Part shown: positions 45,627-54,526 of the stretch, in pieces
Position numbering within the stretch: position 1 is the first letter of the stretch
How the letters are laid out: each line of letters starts with the position of its first letter
Source of the DNA: a phage
Direction: 5' to 3' (one strand)
Sequence record: PV730299.1
Length of the DNA: 64,000 nucleotides
Translations under genes and position numbers: made by a program
Notes under the pieces: model-generated
The model's database searches: none
What the model was told of the DNA's origin: nothing
The model's input: the letters and a program-made list of their open reading frames with translations, nothing else

Positions 45627-46154
45627 TCAGATACCGATAAATTCATCAAAAGATCCAACAACCTTCTTCACCGAGATATTGTCATTCTCAATCAGGAAGT
45701 TGCTGTCGTTTTTGGCTGCTGTAGCCCAGTCATCGGCAAGTTCGTTGCCTTCGTGTCCCGCATGACCCTTAACCCATTTTAGTTCAACATCACAAATTGA
45801 ACAAACGAGATCATAGATTCTGAACAGATCTTTGATGAGTTCAACGTTCTTTTCTGGGAACCCCTGATACTCCCACTTCGTTCGCCATTCGGTGACACTC
45901 TTGATGGCATATTGGCTGTCAGACCAAATTGTTGCCTTTGGTATTCTGCGCTCACCCTTTCCTGAGAATGCCCACAGTAGCTTCAATGCGTTGGTCACAC
46001 CCAACAACTCGGCGATGTTGTTAGTGGACGGGGGAGGTAGATGACCGAAGAACACCTTCCATTGCATACCCGTTATTGGCCTGATGACAAATGCCCAGCC
46101 TGCGGCCTGGTTGGTCTTCGGGTTAGAACCCCCGTCAGAATAAATTTCTATCAT
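45627..46154 (-). CDS. ribonuclease H (RNase HI-like)
   Basis: Start at MIEIYSDGG; RNase H catalytic blocks YSDGGS, NNIAELLGV, IWSDSQYAI, GHAGHEGNELAD. Confidence 0.85.
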   Translation of the reverse strand: MIEIYSDGGSNPKTNQAAGWAFVIRPITGMQWKVFFGHLPPPSTNNIAELLGVTNALKLLWAFSGKGERRIPKATIWSDSQYAIKSVTEWRTKWEYQGFPEKNVELIKDLFRIYDLVCSICDVELKWVKGHAGHEGNELADDWATAAKNDSNFLIENDNISVKKVVGSFDEFIGI

Positions 46155-46156
46155 GA

Positions 46157-46164
46157 TATAAATA
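46157..46164 (+). promoter_or_regulatory. T4-type late promoter-like box TATAAATA
   Basis: Exact TATAAATA 35 nt upstream of ATG at 46200; overlaps RNase H start region on opposite strand. Confidence 0.45.
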
Positions 46165-46199
46165 TCCCAAACTGGTTTTATAGAAAGAGGAATGAAACT

Positions 46200-46967
46200 A
46201 TGGCACCCCGCGCATATCGTTTCAGTCTCACCGCCCCGCAGATTGAGCAATTGCTCCTCTCTATCTATGATGCTATCAAGTCAGAAGATATCATCTATGA
46301 TTATGCTGCAGGTGGGACTGCTGGACAAGTCGCAGCAGCGTCTGCTGTCAAGAACATGTGGTTGAAGCTCAACGAGATGGTGACAGGCCAAGGTCTCAAA
46401 GATGCCATCAACGATGCAGAAGACAGCAACGTGTTCACCGACTATTATAAGTCTTTACTGGATCGCGAAGGCTGGAAATTTATTGGATCTCCAGCAGATG
46501 AACTTCAGCGAGGCGACATCGATACTTCGAACTTCAAAGGTGGTGAGGTCATTCTACTTCAGAAGAACGCTTCGGGCAACCCAGAATTCCAATACTGGAA
46601 GCGAACCCCTGTTGCTGGGGGTGATCCTACCTTTGCATGGGCTTCGGTCTATGAAGGGAACTCCAATGATTCCAGCATAGAGATTCCCGTGGTTGGCACC
46701 AGCGTACTCAAGGACATCCCCAAGGCACTCTTCCATATGATCGAGTTCAGAGTGCATGTGTACGATGAGACACTGGGTCATTGGCAAGACACCGACGGGA
46801 AGGTGGGGTATCGTGGCGAGGATCTGATCTACAGTGTATACAACCATATTCAGACCAAACCTCTCGCCACCATTGACTTCAGCCAAGATACGGACAATAT
46901 GACGGTTTCTGTGACGTCGTTGGAACCGAATGTCAAGTGCCATCTGTCCTTCGTTGCGGGTTACTAA
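46200..46967 (+). CDS. hypothetical protein, probable late gene
   Basis: Start at MAPRAY (AGAGGAA RBS); TATAAATA box 35 nt upstream; plus-strand gene between minus-strand RNase H and helicase genes. Confidence 0.5.
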   Translation: MAPRAYRFSLTAPQIEQLLLSIYDAIKSEDIIYDYAAGGTAGQVAAASAVKNMWLKLNEMVTGQGLKDAINDAEDSNVFTDYYKSLLDREGWKFIGSPADELQRGDIDTSNFKGGEVILLQKNASGNPEFQYWKRTPVAGGDPTFAWASVYEGNSNDSSIEIPVVGTSVLKDIPKALFHMIEFRVHVYDETLGHWQDTDGKVGYRGEDLIYSVYNHIQTKPLATIDFSQDTDNMTVSVTSLEPNVKCHLSFVAGY

Positions 46968-48682
46968 ACCTCAAACACGGCATCAGTGAACCAAGCGGGG
47001 AAGAACTCTGGGTTGCGCATCATCAGTGATTCAAAAGAAGAATCAAGGATGTACGTCGCAGCCCAGTCATTCACGCCCCTGACCGAACGCCCACACATCT
47101 GAACGATACGCAGTACCGCCATCCTGAAGTACGCCGATGGGTCCACACTGTTGACGTGGGCCACCAGAGGATCACCAAGGTAATCGTATGGCACCTTGAT
47201 CAAGATCTGAAATCGACTATAATCGCCTTTGAAGTCATACCCCTCTTCCATGGCCGGACTGGCGATGACACAAGGCGTCTTCGTCCTGAACGCGTGTTCC
47301 ATGATGTCCATCAGAGCCTTACGAGTACGAGGAACGTGAATCATATTCCGGTACTTACTGAACTTTTGTAGAGCCAGGGCGCGGTCATAACTGACTGTGT
47401 GAATGATGCCAGACTGCCCAGGGTGGAACGCGATAATTTCATCCACGTATTCAGCCAGCTTCTTCATCTCGTAGTCGCCCATGTTCGCTGTCATCTTCAT
47501 GATGGGCATGTAGTTGACTTTCCGGTTCTCAATCGGGATAGGGTTGCCGATCTGTATCTTGTGGTACTCACCCTCGCGGATACCCAGTGACCGGGCGTAC
47601 GAGTCAATCCCACAAATGGTAGCCGACATGTGAACGTGGTAGTCACCCTTGCGGAACAGGCCGAACTGGGATACATCAGAGGCGATGACAGGCTTGAACT
47701 GAATCATGCCCTTGTCCTTCTCCTGTACGATGAAAGTGCTGGCGTTGGTCTGCCCCATGATACCACAGTAGTCGCTGAGGTTGTGAAGATTATCAATAAT
47801 ATCAGACAGCTTCATCACCTGGGCTTCAGTCAGGCGCTCATCCTCTACCAGTTCCTCAAGAGTTTCCAACAGGGCTTCAACCTTGCCGTGTAGTTCATCA
47901 AATATCGCATGCATCTCACCAGACAGGGAATACAGCTTGCCCAATTCATAGTTCTCTGTGCGGGTGATGATATCCTTGATGGTCTCCACGATAGGCACTC
48001 CCTCGGGGATCGTAAGCAACCCTTCCACAGCCTTTATGTTGTATTCCATGATCGTGTGCTCTAGGAGCGTAGAGGGCATTTTATGACACTCGTCAAGGAT
48101 CAGCATATCGGCACGGTTTTCCGGCTTCATACAAATCGTCGTACACATCTCCACCATCATGGCGGCGTTGGTGCAGCGCAGGGAGGAGACGTCGGTCCAC
48201 TGTCTACGCGCCTGAACATATGGGCAACGATTCTTACTACAGTGGCCATCACGGCATGCCATACGACACTGAATGGCGTTGTAGTATAGGTCGGGACTGA
48301 TGTGGCAACGATAGTTCTTCTTGCCCTTCAGGATGTCTATCGCCACGGCTTTCTCTGCTGCATACTGATCCTGTAAACCTTTGGTCGGCGTCGTGATAGA
48401 CGTGCGGAACTGACCATACGGGTTGTGCTCAAGAACCAAATGGCGAAGCACGTTATGGATGGTAGTGCCGATGAGGGATTTACCTACACCAGTCGGAGCC
48501 TCGATGATCACGTGTTTGAATTTCTTATTCACAAGGGCATCAATGGCTTCAACGATGCATTCCATCTGGCCGGGGTTGGCGGTGTCATACGGGAAGAACT
48601 CAGTGGCAAGAGACTTGATGCGGTCTATGCTGACTGGTCCGACGCCGTTAAGCGCCTTGGTATATTGGTTGAATGCTGTCAC
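46964..48682 (-). CDS. DinG/XPD-like Fe-S DNA helicase
   Basis: 572 aa; Walker A EAPTGVGKS, DEAH-like LILDECH, Cys cluster (CRMACRDGHCSKNRCP) between them. Confidence 0.7.
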   Translation of the reverse strand: MTAFNQYTKALNGVGPVSIDRIKSLATEFFPYDTANPGQMECIVEAIDALVNKKFKHVIIEAPTGVGKSLIGTTIHNVLRHLVLEHNPYGQFRTSITTPTKGLQDQYAAEKAVAIDILKGKKNYRCHISPDLYYNAIQCRMACRDGHCSKNRCPYVQARRQWTDVSSLRCTNAAMMVEMCTTICMKPENRADMLILDECHKMPSTLLEHTIMEYNIKAVEGLLTIPEGVPIVETIKDIITRTENYELGKLYSLSGEMHAIFDELHGKVEALLETLEELVEDERLTEAQVMKLSDIIDNLHNLSDYCGIMGQTNASTFIVQEKDKGMIQFKPVIASDVSQFGLFRKGDYHVHMSATICGIDSYARSLGIREGEYHKIQIGNPIPIENRKVNYMPIMKMTANMGDYEMKKLAEYVDEIIAFHPGQSGIIHTVSYDRALALQKFSKYRNMIHVPRTRKALMDIMEHAFRTKTPCVIASPAMEEGYDFKGDYSRFQILIKVPYDYLGDPLVAHVNSVDPSAYFRMAVLRIVQMCGRSVRGVNDWAATYILDSSFESLMMRNPEFFPAWFTDAVFEV

Positions 48683-48731
48683 TTTCTTCCTCCTATGGGA
48701 TTCGCCTTTAGTTTACCCGATCCCCAAGAAC

Positions 48732-48768
48732 GAAAAAGCCGGAGCATTGTACTCCGGCTTTCTCTTTG
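48732..48768. terminator. rho-independent terminator downstream of HU gene (bidirectional potential)
   Basis: 8-bp stem AGCCGGAG/CTCCGGCT, loop cattgta, T-runs on both sides. Confidence 0.7.
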
Positions 48769-48810
48769 CCATGCCCTGTAATGCAGAGCCTGGCCGCGCG
48801 TCAGATAGAA

Positions 48811-49089
48811 TTACTTGCCGTTGGCAGCGTTCTTCAGACCTTCGCCCACTTTGAATTTCACAACGTTTTTCGCCGCGATCTGAATGGTCTGGCCGTTCAG
48901 AGGGTTGCGACCTTCACGCGCTTCTTGGTGTTTCACTTCGAACGCACCGAAGCCGACCAGCTGTACAGATGCGCCTGCAGCAACTGCAGTTTTAACACCG
49001 TCGATAAAGGATGCCACTACTTTCTCCGCTTCGCCTTTGGTGATATTCTGGGTCGAAGCAATGTGGGCAACAAATTCAGTACGATTCAT
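48811..49089 (-). CDS. HU/IHF-family DNA-binding protein
   Basis: 92 aa; HU pattern (MNRTEF...GFGAFEVKHQEAREGRNPLNGQTIQIAAKNVVKFK); GGAG RBS; strong terminator downstream. Confidence 0.85.
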   Translation of the reverse strand: MNRTEFVAHIASTQNITKGEAEKVVASFIDGVKTAVAAGASVQLVGFGAFEVKHQEAREGRNPLNGQTIQIAAKNVVKFKVGEGLKNAANGK

Positions 49090-49214
49090 CTGGATTTCTC
49101 CGTTGGGTTAATGTTTACTTTCATGTTCACTACAAGAGGACTACAGTTTAACTAACAAATTTTATTGAATAAAGCGGAATTAATAGCCTTTCACCACGAT
49201 TACAGTCTTTGTGC

Positions 49215-49655
49215 TCATATTTGCTCCGTTTGTTTCTCAACGCCCAGTGCGGCGGCATAGATACCACGAGCCATGCGATCATCACAAAATCCATGCGTAA
49301 ATAATCCAGCAATGGCATCAAGGCGTTCCTGTGTTGGTGCGACAGGCACAGACACCGTTTGAACTTCAGTCTTTTCGGTGCCTTCCGGTTTCATCAAGAC
49401 CTCCATTTCTTGACGGCTAACCATAATGGTTTCTACCTTATCTTCATCGATCAACATTTCGTTCAGAAGATCGTATCCCAACACTTGTGTATCGCCGATA
49501 TATGTCTTCGCGTTCAGTTCTGCTTCGATACTTAACACCCTCTGAGCTGTAAGGCCACCAGAGGAGAACGGTACTGGATAGAAGGCGGAACGAACTTGGG
49601 CACACCCATTTACGCTGTAACGAACCAGCAAGACATCACACCATACGCCAGCCAT
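49215..49655 (-). CDS. hypothetical protein
   Basis: 146 aa; GGAGG RBS lies in 3' end of upstream gene. Confidence 0.45.
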   Translation of the reverse strand: MAGVWCDVLLVRYSVNGCAQVRSAFYPVPFSSGGLTAQRVLSIEAELNAKTYIGDTQVLGYDLLNEMLIDEDKVETIMVSRQEMEVLMKPEGTEKTEVQTVSVPVAPTQERLDAIAGLFTHGFCDDRMARGIYAAALGVEKQTEQI

Positions 49656-49656
49656 A

Positions 49657-50319
49657 TTACACCTCCACCGCGTGAGACTTCAGGAGTTCATCAATCTCTT
49701 TCTGCCCCATGTATGAGAACGGGGTGCGCTGGTAGAACGCCCAGAGTACTAACTGGACAACAGCACGGGAACGGGTTTCGGCCGTCATTACCAGGCCACT
49801 GAAATGAGGAGACTCAGCTGTCCATTGTATCTCTTCGCCCAGGTCTTGATTACAGGTCACCGAGATGCGGAACTTGTTGCACAGATTGTCGACTTCTTTG
49901 TATGCATCGGTAGACACACGAAGTTGTTCCGAATGTGCCCACGGAGTTGTGATGATTCTTTCACCCATCACTTTATCAGAGATAAACCAATCAATACATT
50001 CGGTAAACTCACTAAAATGGTCGATACGATAAATGCAGTCTCCCCCTTCCATAGAACGCATGGCATGATAGCGAGCGTCAATTTCGTTGTTGTGCATAGC
50101 GTTGAAGTCGATGAACACGCGACGCGCCAACACAACATCTTCTGGTTGAAGTGCCAGGAAATCGTTCAGGCGGCTATAATGGAGGATATTGGAACCGTCG
50201 TGGCCACGTGTGAAATATGCGTAATAGCTACCGATACGGGCGTGGGCAATATAAGACAACGGGGCGAAGAATAATCCGTCAGGATCAGGACCGACGATAA
50301 TAGAATAAAGTTTTTCCAT
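49657..50319 (-). CDS. hypothetical protein
   Basis: Start moved to MEKLY with ACTATATC-ATG motif; hairpin upstream. Confidence 0.45.
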   Translation of the reverse strand: MEKLYSIIVGPDPDGLFFAPLSYIAHARIGSYYAYFTRGHDGSNILHYSRLNDFLALQPEDVVLARRVFIDFNAMHNNEIDARYHAMRSMEGGDCIYRIDHFSEFTECIDWFISDKVMGERIITTPWAHSEQLRVSTDAYKEVDNLCNKFRISVTCNQDLGEEIQWTAESPHFSGLVMTAETRSRAVVQLVLWAFYQRTPFSYMGQKEIDELLKSHAVEV

Positions 50320-50375
50320 GATATAGTCACTCAAATGAAAGGGCAGCTTTATGATAAGCCGCCCGAGGTTATTGA

Positions 50376-51314
50376 TTATTGGAAATCGCCAACATACATG
50401 TTCAGCTTGTCGTCCCAATTCAGAACGACACGGATCGTTCCGGTGTCTTCTGGGAAGGTCAGTTTGTCACACATGGCGCGATTAACATAAGTCCCGCTCT
50501 GGTTGACGTTGTAGTCCTTGCCTTGCATGATACCAAAACGCTTGAAGTCGCGAGTGACCATCATGTTCAGAGTTGTCCAAGGGATTGCATCGCGCAGGGC
50601 TTTGCACAGGACGATCTTGCCATCCGACCTGAACGACACAAACAGCTCGTTGGCGACACGGCGGCGAGTAGGCGGTTCAAGTTCACGCAGGGAAATAAAT
50701 TCAGAGGGATCGTCCAATGCACCCAGGGCGACCATGTCTTCGCGAACTTTACTGACAACTTCAGTTACTGCTGAAACGACTTCAACAGCTGATTTTGAAG
50801 AATTTTTAAAGGGTTCTACAGTCTTGTCGGTCTTGACAATTGCGTGGCCATTCTCTGTTTTCACCAGACGTTGTGATTCCATAACCACACCCTTGCGCTT
50901 CTCCGCATATTGTTCAACAGACTTTTCGCTCACCGGAGGCAGTTTGGTGGCCGGGTTTGCATCTGGCTTCGCCTTTGGGGTACTCCGAGCCGCACGCAGC
51001 TTTTCCTGGGCTTCCAGAATGCGCTCTTGACGAGAAAGCGGAGCCTTTGGGGTGATCTTCGTACTGAAGTCAGAAACGCCGACCCAGTCACCCTGGTCAT
51101 TACGCTTGGCCACCAGAGTCAGTTTGTGGATGATACCCTGAAGTTTGCTCTCACGTAAGTTGTCGGCATACCAGAACTTCGCGCCCATCTCGAACTTCTC
51201 GGCGAAGATCACGCGAGCGTCTTCGTGTACCAACATAACTTTGGCTGCGTTGGGGGCAAAAGCCTTATTCTTTTCGATAATCGCCGCAGCGATTGTTTTG
51301 GTCAGGAGCATCAC
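50376..51314 (-). CDS. hypothetical protein
   Basis: 312-aa ORF; Lys/Ala-rich central region. Confidence 0.45.
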   Translation of the reverse strand: MMLLTKTIAAAIIEKNKAFAPNAAKVMLVHEDARVIFAEKFEMGAKFWYADNLRESKLQGIIHKLTLVAKRNDQGDWVGVSDFSTKITPKAPLSRQERILEAQEKLRAARSTPKAKPDANPATKLPPVSEKSVEQYAEKRKGVVMESQRLVKTENGHAIVKTDKTVEPFKNSSKSAVEVVSAVTEVVSKVREDMVALGALDDPSEFISLRELEPPTRRRVANELFVSFRSDGKIVLCKALRDAIPWTTLNMMVTRDFKRFGIMQGKDYNVNQSGTYVNRAMCDKLTFPEDTGTIRVVLNWDDKLNMYVGDFQ

Positions 51315-51350
51315 AGTGTATTCCTTCAGTTCACAATGTAGGGCTAAATT

Positions 51351-51680
51351 TTAACCCGAAACTTTATTTTGAAATCCGACAAAGTCCTGGGCAATCCCCC
51401 GACAATACATCAGGTCTTTCTTCGTTTGTGGACTGTTATCAGCCGCAGTCAGCATCATGGGAAGATCCAGCGCATTCTCTATCTGATCAACACTGAACAG
51501 ATCAAGGCGCTTCAGCTCCCCCTCGAAGTCGGACAGGAGGATAGATGTGTCTTTGTCATCTGGGTGGAACTGCTGATACGTCTCCATCCATGCCACACAT
51601 GTGTTCAGTTTGGACGGTGGCGCGGCGTTTACACACCCGGCTATCAGTACCAACAAGAGCAGGATTTTACATTTCATCAC
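51351..51680 (-). CDS. secreted protein (signal peptide)
   Basis: 109 aa; N-terminal MMKCKILLLLVLIAGCVNAA signal peptide. Confidence 0.45.
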   Translation of the reverse strand: MMKCKILLLLVLIAGCVNAAPPSKLNTCVAWMETYQQFHPDDKDTSILLSDFEGELKRLDLFSVDQIENALDLPMMLTAADNSPQTKKDLMYCRGIAQDFVGFQNKVSG

Positions 51681-52363
51681 TCGTTCTCCTTCATCATATT
51701 GTCGCAGTCAACACGAGTCTGCTGGAGTTCGCGCGACATGCGGGGATCATCAAGGTTCACGCTCAGATTCGTAGCCAGGTCTTTCAGACCGTTCTGAACC
51801 CTGTCTTCAAAGTAATAATCGTTCTCAACCAGCCAGGCTCTGAGACCAAGAGCGCGGGTGCGCCATTCCTTCTTCAGGACGCGATCAGAGGTCTGTGTAG
51901 CGCTGTATTCGAATACTTTGATGCACTGGTTGCCATCGTTGATAAGGTTCAGGTGGCGGCGACCAACCTGCACACCCTTCTGTAATGCCGGAGAAGGGAG
52001 CGAACGGCACTGTCTTACGGTCATTCGGCCTTGGGTGCCCATACGCCCAGTCATGATCAAATCGCCAGCCTCCATGCCTCCACGGTTAAATTCGTCGTCA
52101 TTGAGGTAGCCTTTGAGGTTATAGGCTCCCTGTTTGTAACGGTTGAACTCAATTCCGGCATTGACGACAGCAGTGGAGACGTTGCCTGTGTTCCAGAGTT
52201 CAGCGAAGTTCTCTATGGAACCAGACTTGTCGATGGCAACCGCCTGGGAGAACCCAGCGCAATAGGAAAGGTCGGACCACAGTTTATCACCTGTGGAGTT
52301 CAGCTTGGCAGCGGCGGGTAATGCCAGACCAACCAGCACAACCCCGAGGATTAAACGTTTCAT
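51677..52363 (-). CDS. secreted protein (signal peptide)
   Basis: Start moved to MKRLILGVVLVGLALPAAA with AAGGAG RBS; ORF-track N-terminal extension lacks RBS. Confidence 0.5.
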   Translation of the reverse strand: MKRLILGVVLVGLALPAAAKLNSTGDKLWSDLSYCAGFSQAVAIDKSGSIENFAELWNTGNVSTAVVNAGIEFNRYKQGAYNLKGYLNDDEFNRGGMEAGDLIMTGRMGTQGRMTVRQCRSLPSPALQKGVQVGRRHLNLINDGNQCIKVFEYSATQTSDRVLKKEWRTRALGLRAWLVENDYYFEDRVQNGLKDLATNLSVNLDDPRMSRELQQTRVDCDNMMKENE

Positions 52364-52442
52364 GGCGATTCTCCTTATTTCATTGGATGAAATGATAGGC
52401 GGCTCACCATGATGAGTAAAGGGATTCAATAAACTATCGTAT

Positions 52443-52892
52443 TCAGAAACGGGTATCACTGACCGTTCTGTATCGCACACCCTGAAACTGTTTAGCGAGT
52501 TTAACAAATTCCATCGCTGGCAAATCAACTTTGTAGACCTTCATGCGCTGTTTGCCGTCCATGTTCAACGCAGCGACAAATCGGTGAGAACCGTCAACAA
52601 CGTAATTGTCAGAAGACACCCAAACTCGACCCATAGGTTTCTTATTTCTGATGTTCTTCATGATCTTCCAGACCTTCATCTTGTTGATTTCGTTCTGGGT
52701 AAGACGAAGCATTTTGATGGGCACTTGCACAGCATCTATGGACACGCCGTTGTCTTCAAGATATTTGTGAAAATCTTCTTGTTTGTCGGCATCGATTTGC
52801 GGCATAGAAGAACGAGAAAGCCCGAGGTTCCCAACAGGAATCCTCAGGCCGTTAATGATGTTCAACCAGTCAATAAAAGATGTAAGGAACAT
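52443..52892 (-). CDS. ParB-like nuclease-domain protein
   Basis: 149 aa; ParB N-terminal domain signatures LRLTQNEINKMKV and VVDGSHRFVAAL. Confidence 0.5.
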   Translation of the reverse strand: MFLTSFIDWLNIINGLRIPVGNLGLSRSSMPQIDADKQEDFHKYLEDNGVSIDAVQVPIKMLRLTQNEINKMKVWKIMKNIRNKKPMGRVWVSSDNYVVDGSHRFVAALNMDGKQRMKVYKVDLPAMEFVKLAKQFQGVRYRTVSDTRF

Positions 52893-52924
52893 GACACACC
52901 TCGGGATATAGGGTTATCCCTTAG

Positions 52925-53116
52925 TTAGCGCATCCATCGATCCTTTCTCTCTTTCTCCTTGCGTTCGCGACGTTTCTGGTCGGATCGGAATAACCAATAG
53001 AAGAAGTTCCCACCCAAGATGAAAACCACCGCGATTATTACTAGGACACCCTTCACAATTTCCCAAACCAATTCTTTATCCAAATTATACCTCGTCTTCT
53101 TCAGGTCCACCGTCAA
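52925..53116 (-). CDS. small membrane protein
   Basis: 63 aa; single TM (VLVIIAVVFILGG) followed by highly basic tail. Confidence 0.35.
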   Translation of the reverse strand: MTVDLKKTRYNLDKELVWEIVKGVLVIIAVVFILGGNFFYWLFRSDQKRRERKEKERKDRWMR

Positions 53117-53372
53117 TCAGGATACGAGCGGCGTCGAAAGTTTCCCCGCCCGTGTTCAGCAGCTTGGTCAGATCGTCAAGATATCGGACCGTGCCAAGAT
53201 CAGACGACCGCGATATAAACTCCAGCATGCCATACAACGCTGTTTGGAATCGGCTGTTGTCGATATCGTTCTTTATTACCATCAGGCGCAAGATGTTCTC
53301 TGACTGAGTATGGCCAACACACGCCTTGTCTCTGATCATCTCCTTGATAGAACTTCTCTCTGATGGTGTCAT
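53085..53372 (-). CDS. hypothetical protein
   Basis: 95-aa ORF with ATGA overlap to next gene. Confidence 0.4.
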   Translation of the reverse strand: MTPSERSSIKEMIRDKACVGHTQSENILRLMVIKNDIDNSRFQTALYGMLEFISRSSDLGTVRYLDDLTKLLNTGGETFDAARILIDGGPEEDEV

Positions 53373-53743
53373 AACGTACCCCCGACAGAGATCAAGAACT
53401 CTTCTTGCATGGTCTTGACCGGGTGGTGGTTGCGGGTTTCGAACATGAAGCCCCAGCCACCGTCGGCGACGTTGCCAAAGGTCTTGACGCCAAAGGACTT
53501 CGTCCCGTTGGAGCAGGAATAGATGTCCAGGACGTATGGGCTACCCTGATTGTCGATCCCACGATTCACGTCGTCTGATACGCAGCGCTCAATCATCTTC
53601 CCGTTCTTATACAGAACGAGGTCTTGGCCATACGCCTTGAAAGCATAAACACCGTTGGTAGACACTCCGGTGATGACAGGAGGGGCGGAAACAGCAGCAA
53701 AGGAAGCGCCCAGCAGGGCAACAGCGAGGATTAACTTTTTCAT
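53369..53743 (-). CDS. secreted protein (signal peptide)
   Basis: Start at MKKLILAVALLGASFAAVSA with ACTATATC-ATG motif. Confidence 0.5.
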   Translation of the reverse strand: MKKLILAVALLGASFAAVSAPPVITGVSTNGVYAFKAYGQDLVLYKNGKMIERCVSDDVNRGIDNQGSPYVLDIYSCSNGTKSFGVKTFGNVADGGWGFMFETRNHHPVKTMQEEFLISVGGTL

Positions 53744-53802
53744 GATATAGTCTCTTGGTTTCAAATAGACGGGGTAATCATACCCCGCCCAAAGTTATAG
53801 AA

Positions 53803-54042
53803 TTAACTGATGTGCTTCAGAAGAGCGAAGAGGATCACGGCCTTGGCCTTTACCTTTCCTACGATGCCTGTCTCGACATCAACTTCTTCAGCAACCCACT
53901 CTTTGCCTTTCTTGCTGATGATAACGTCACGACGCTGTGCGTAGACTTCTTTGGTCGCATACACACGGCGGAACCCTTTAGCGCGGAGCAATCCCCAATT
54001 GCGATCAATCTCTACTGAAGTTTCGACCATTTTGTTCTTCAT
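53803..54042 (-). CDS. hypothetical basic protein
   Basis: 79-aa ORF; hairpin downstream. Confidence 0.4.
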   Translation of the reverse strand: MKNKMVETSVEIDRNWGLLRAKGFRRVYATKEVYAQRRDVIISKKGKEWVAEEVDVETGIVGKVKAKAVILFALLKHIS

Positions 54043-54127
54043 GATATAATCTTACCTTTCAACCCGGTGAACCCATCGTTCGCCAGTTATTGAATAATAG
54101 GACATTCCTTAGAGGAAGTAAACCCCT

Positions 54128-54160
54128 AAAAGTAAAAATCCCCAACAAAACGTTGGGGAC
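54128..54160 (-). terminator. rho-independent terminator
   Basis: 8-bp stem TCCCCAAC/GTTGGGGA, loop aaaac, followed on minus strand by TTTTTACTTTT; downstream of ACP-like gene. Confidence 0.7.
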
Positions 54161-54165
54161 TTCTG

Positions 54166-54489
54166 TTATTTGCGCAGGGCAACCACGAGTTCAGCGAGTT
54201 CACCCATGGTCGGGTCATCGCCTTTACTACCCAGCCAACCGTCGTCGATTTCGACCTGAAACTCTTCTTCTAGTTCCATTACGATTTCGATGGCATCCAG
54301 TTCATCACCGCCGAGGTCTTTCTTGGTACGGAGGCCAGCCAGCTTGTCCAGGGCGTCCTCGTTCTGAGATGCCACGTCGTCCAGCAATTTACGCTTGTCA
54401 TCGTCACGCCACAGATCCATATTCAGATTGTCAGTGGCGTACTGAGCCAGATGACGCATGACTTCAACATATGTTGGTTTACTGCTCAT
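54166..54489 (-). CDS. acyl carrier protein-like protein lacking the phosphopantetheinyl serine (DEL instead of DSL)
   Basis: 107 aa; DLGGDELDAIEIVMELEEEFQVEIDD aligns with ACP helix II ([27 protein letters not shown]) but the Ser is Glu; GGGAG RBS; terminators on both sides. Confidence 0.6.
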   Translation of the reverse strand: MSSKPTYVEVMRHLAQYATDNLNMDLWRDDDKRKLLDDVASQNEDALDKLAGLRTKKDLGGDELDAIEIVMELEEEFQVEIDDGWLGSKGDDPTMGELAELVVALRK

Positions 54490-54498
54490 GCTACTTCT

Positions 54499-54526
54499 CC
54501 CAAAGAAAGGCGGGTTGCCCCGCCCG
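54499..54526 (-). terminator. rho-independent terminator/attenuator between vWA and ACP-like genes
   Basis: GGCGGG-ttgc-CCCGCC followed on minus strand by TTTCTTTGGG then ACP-like RBS. Confidence 0.6.
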
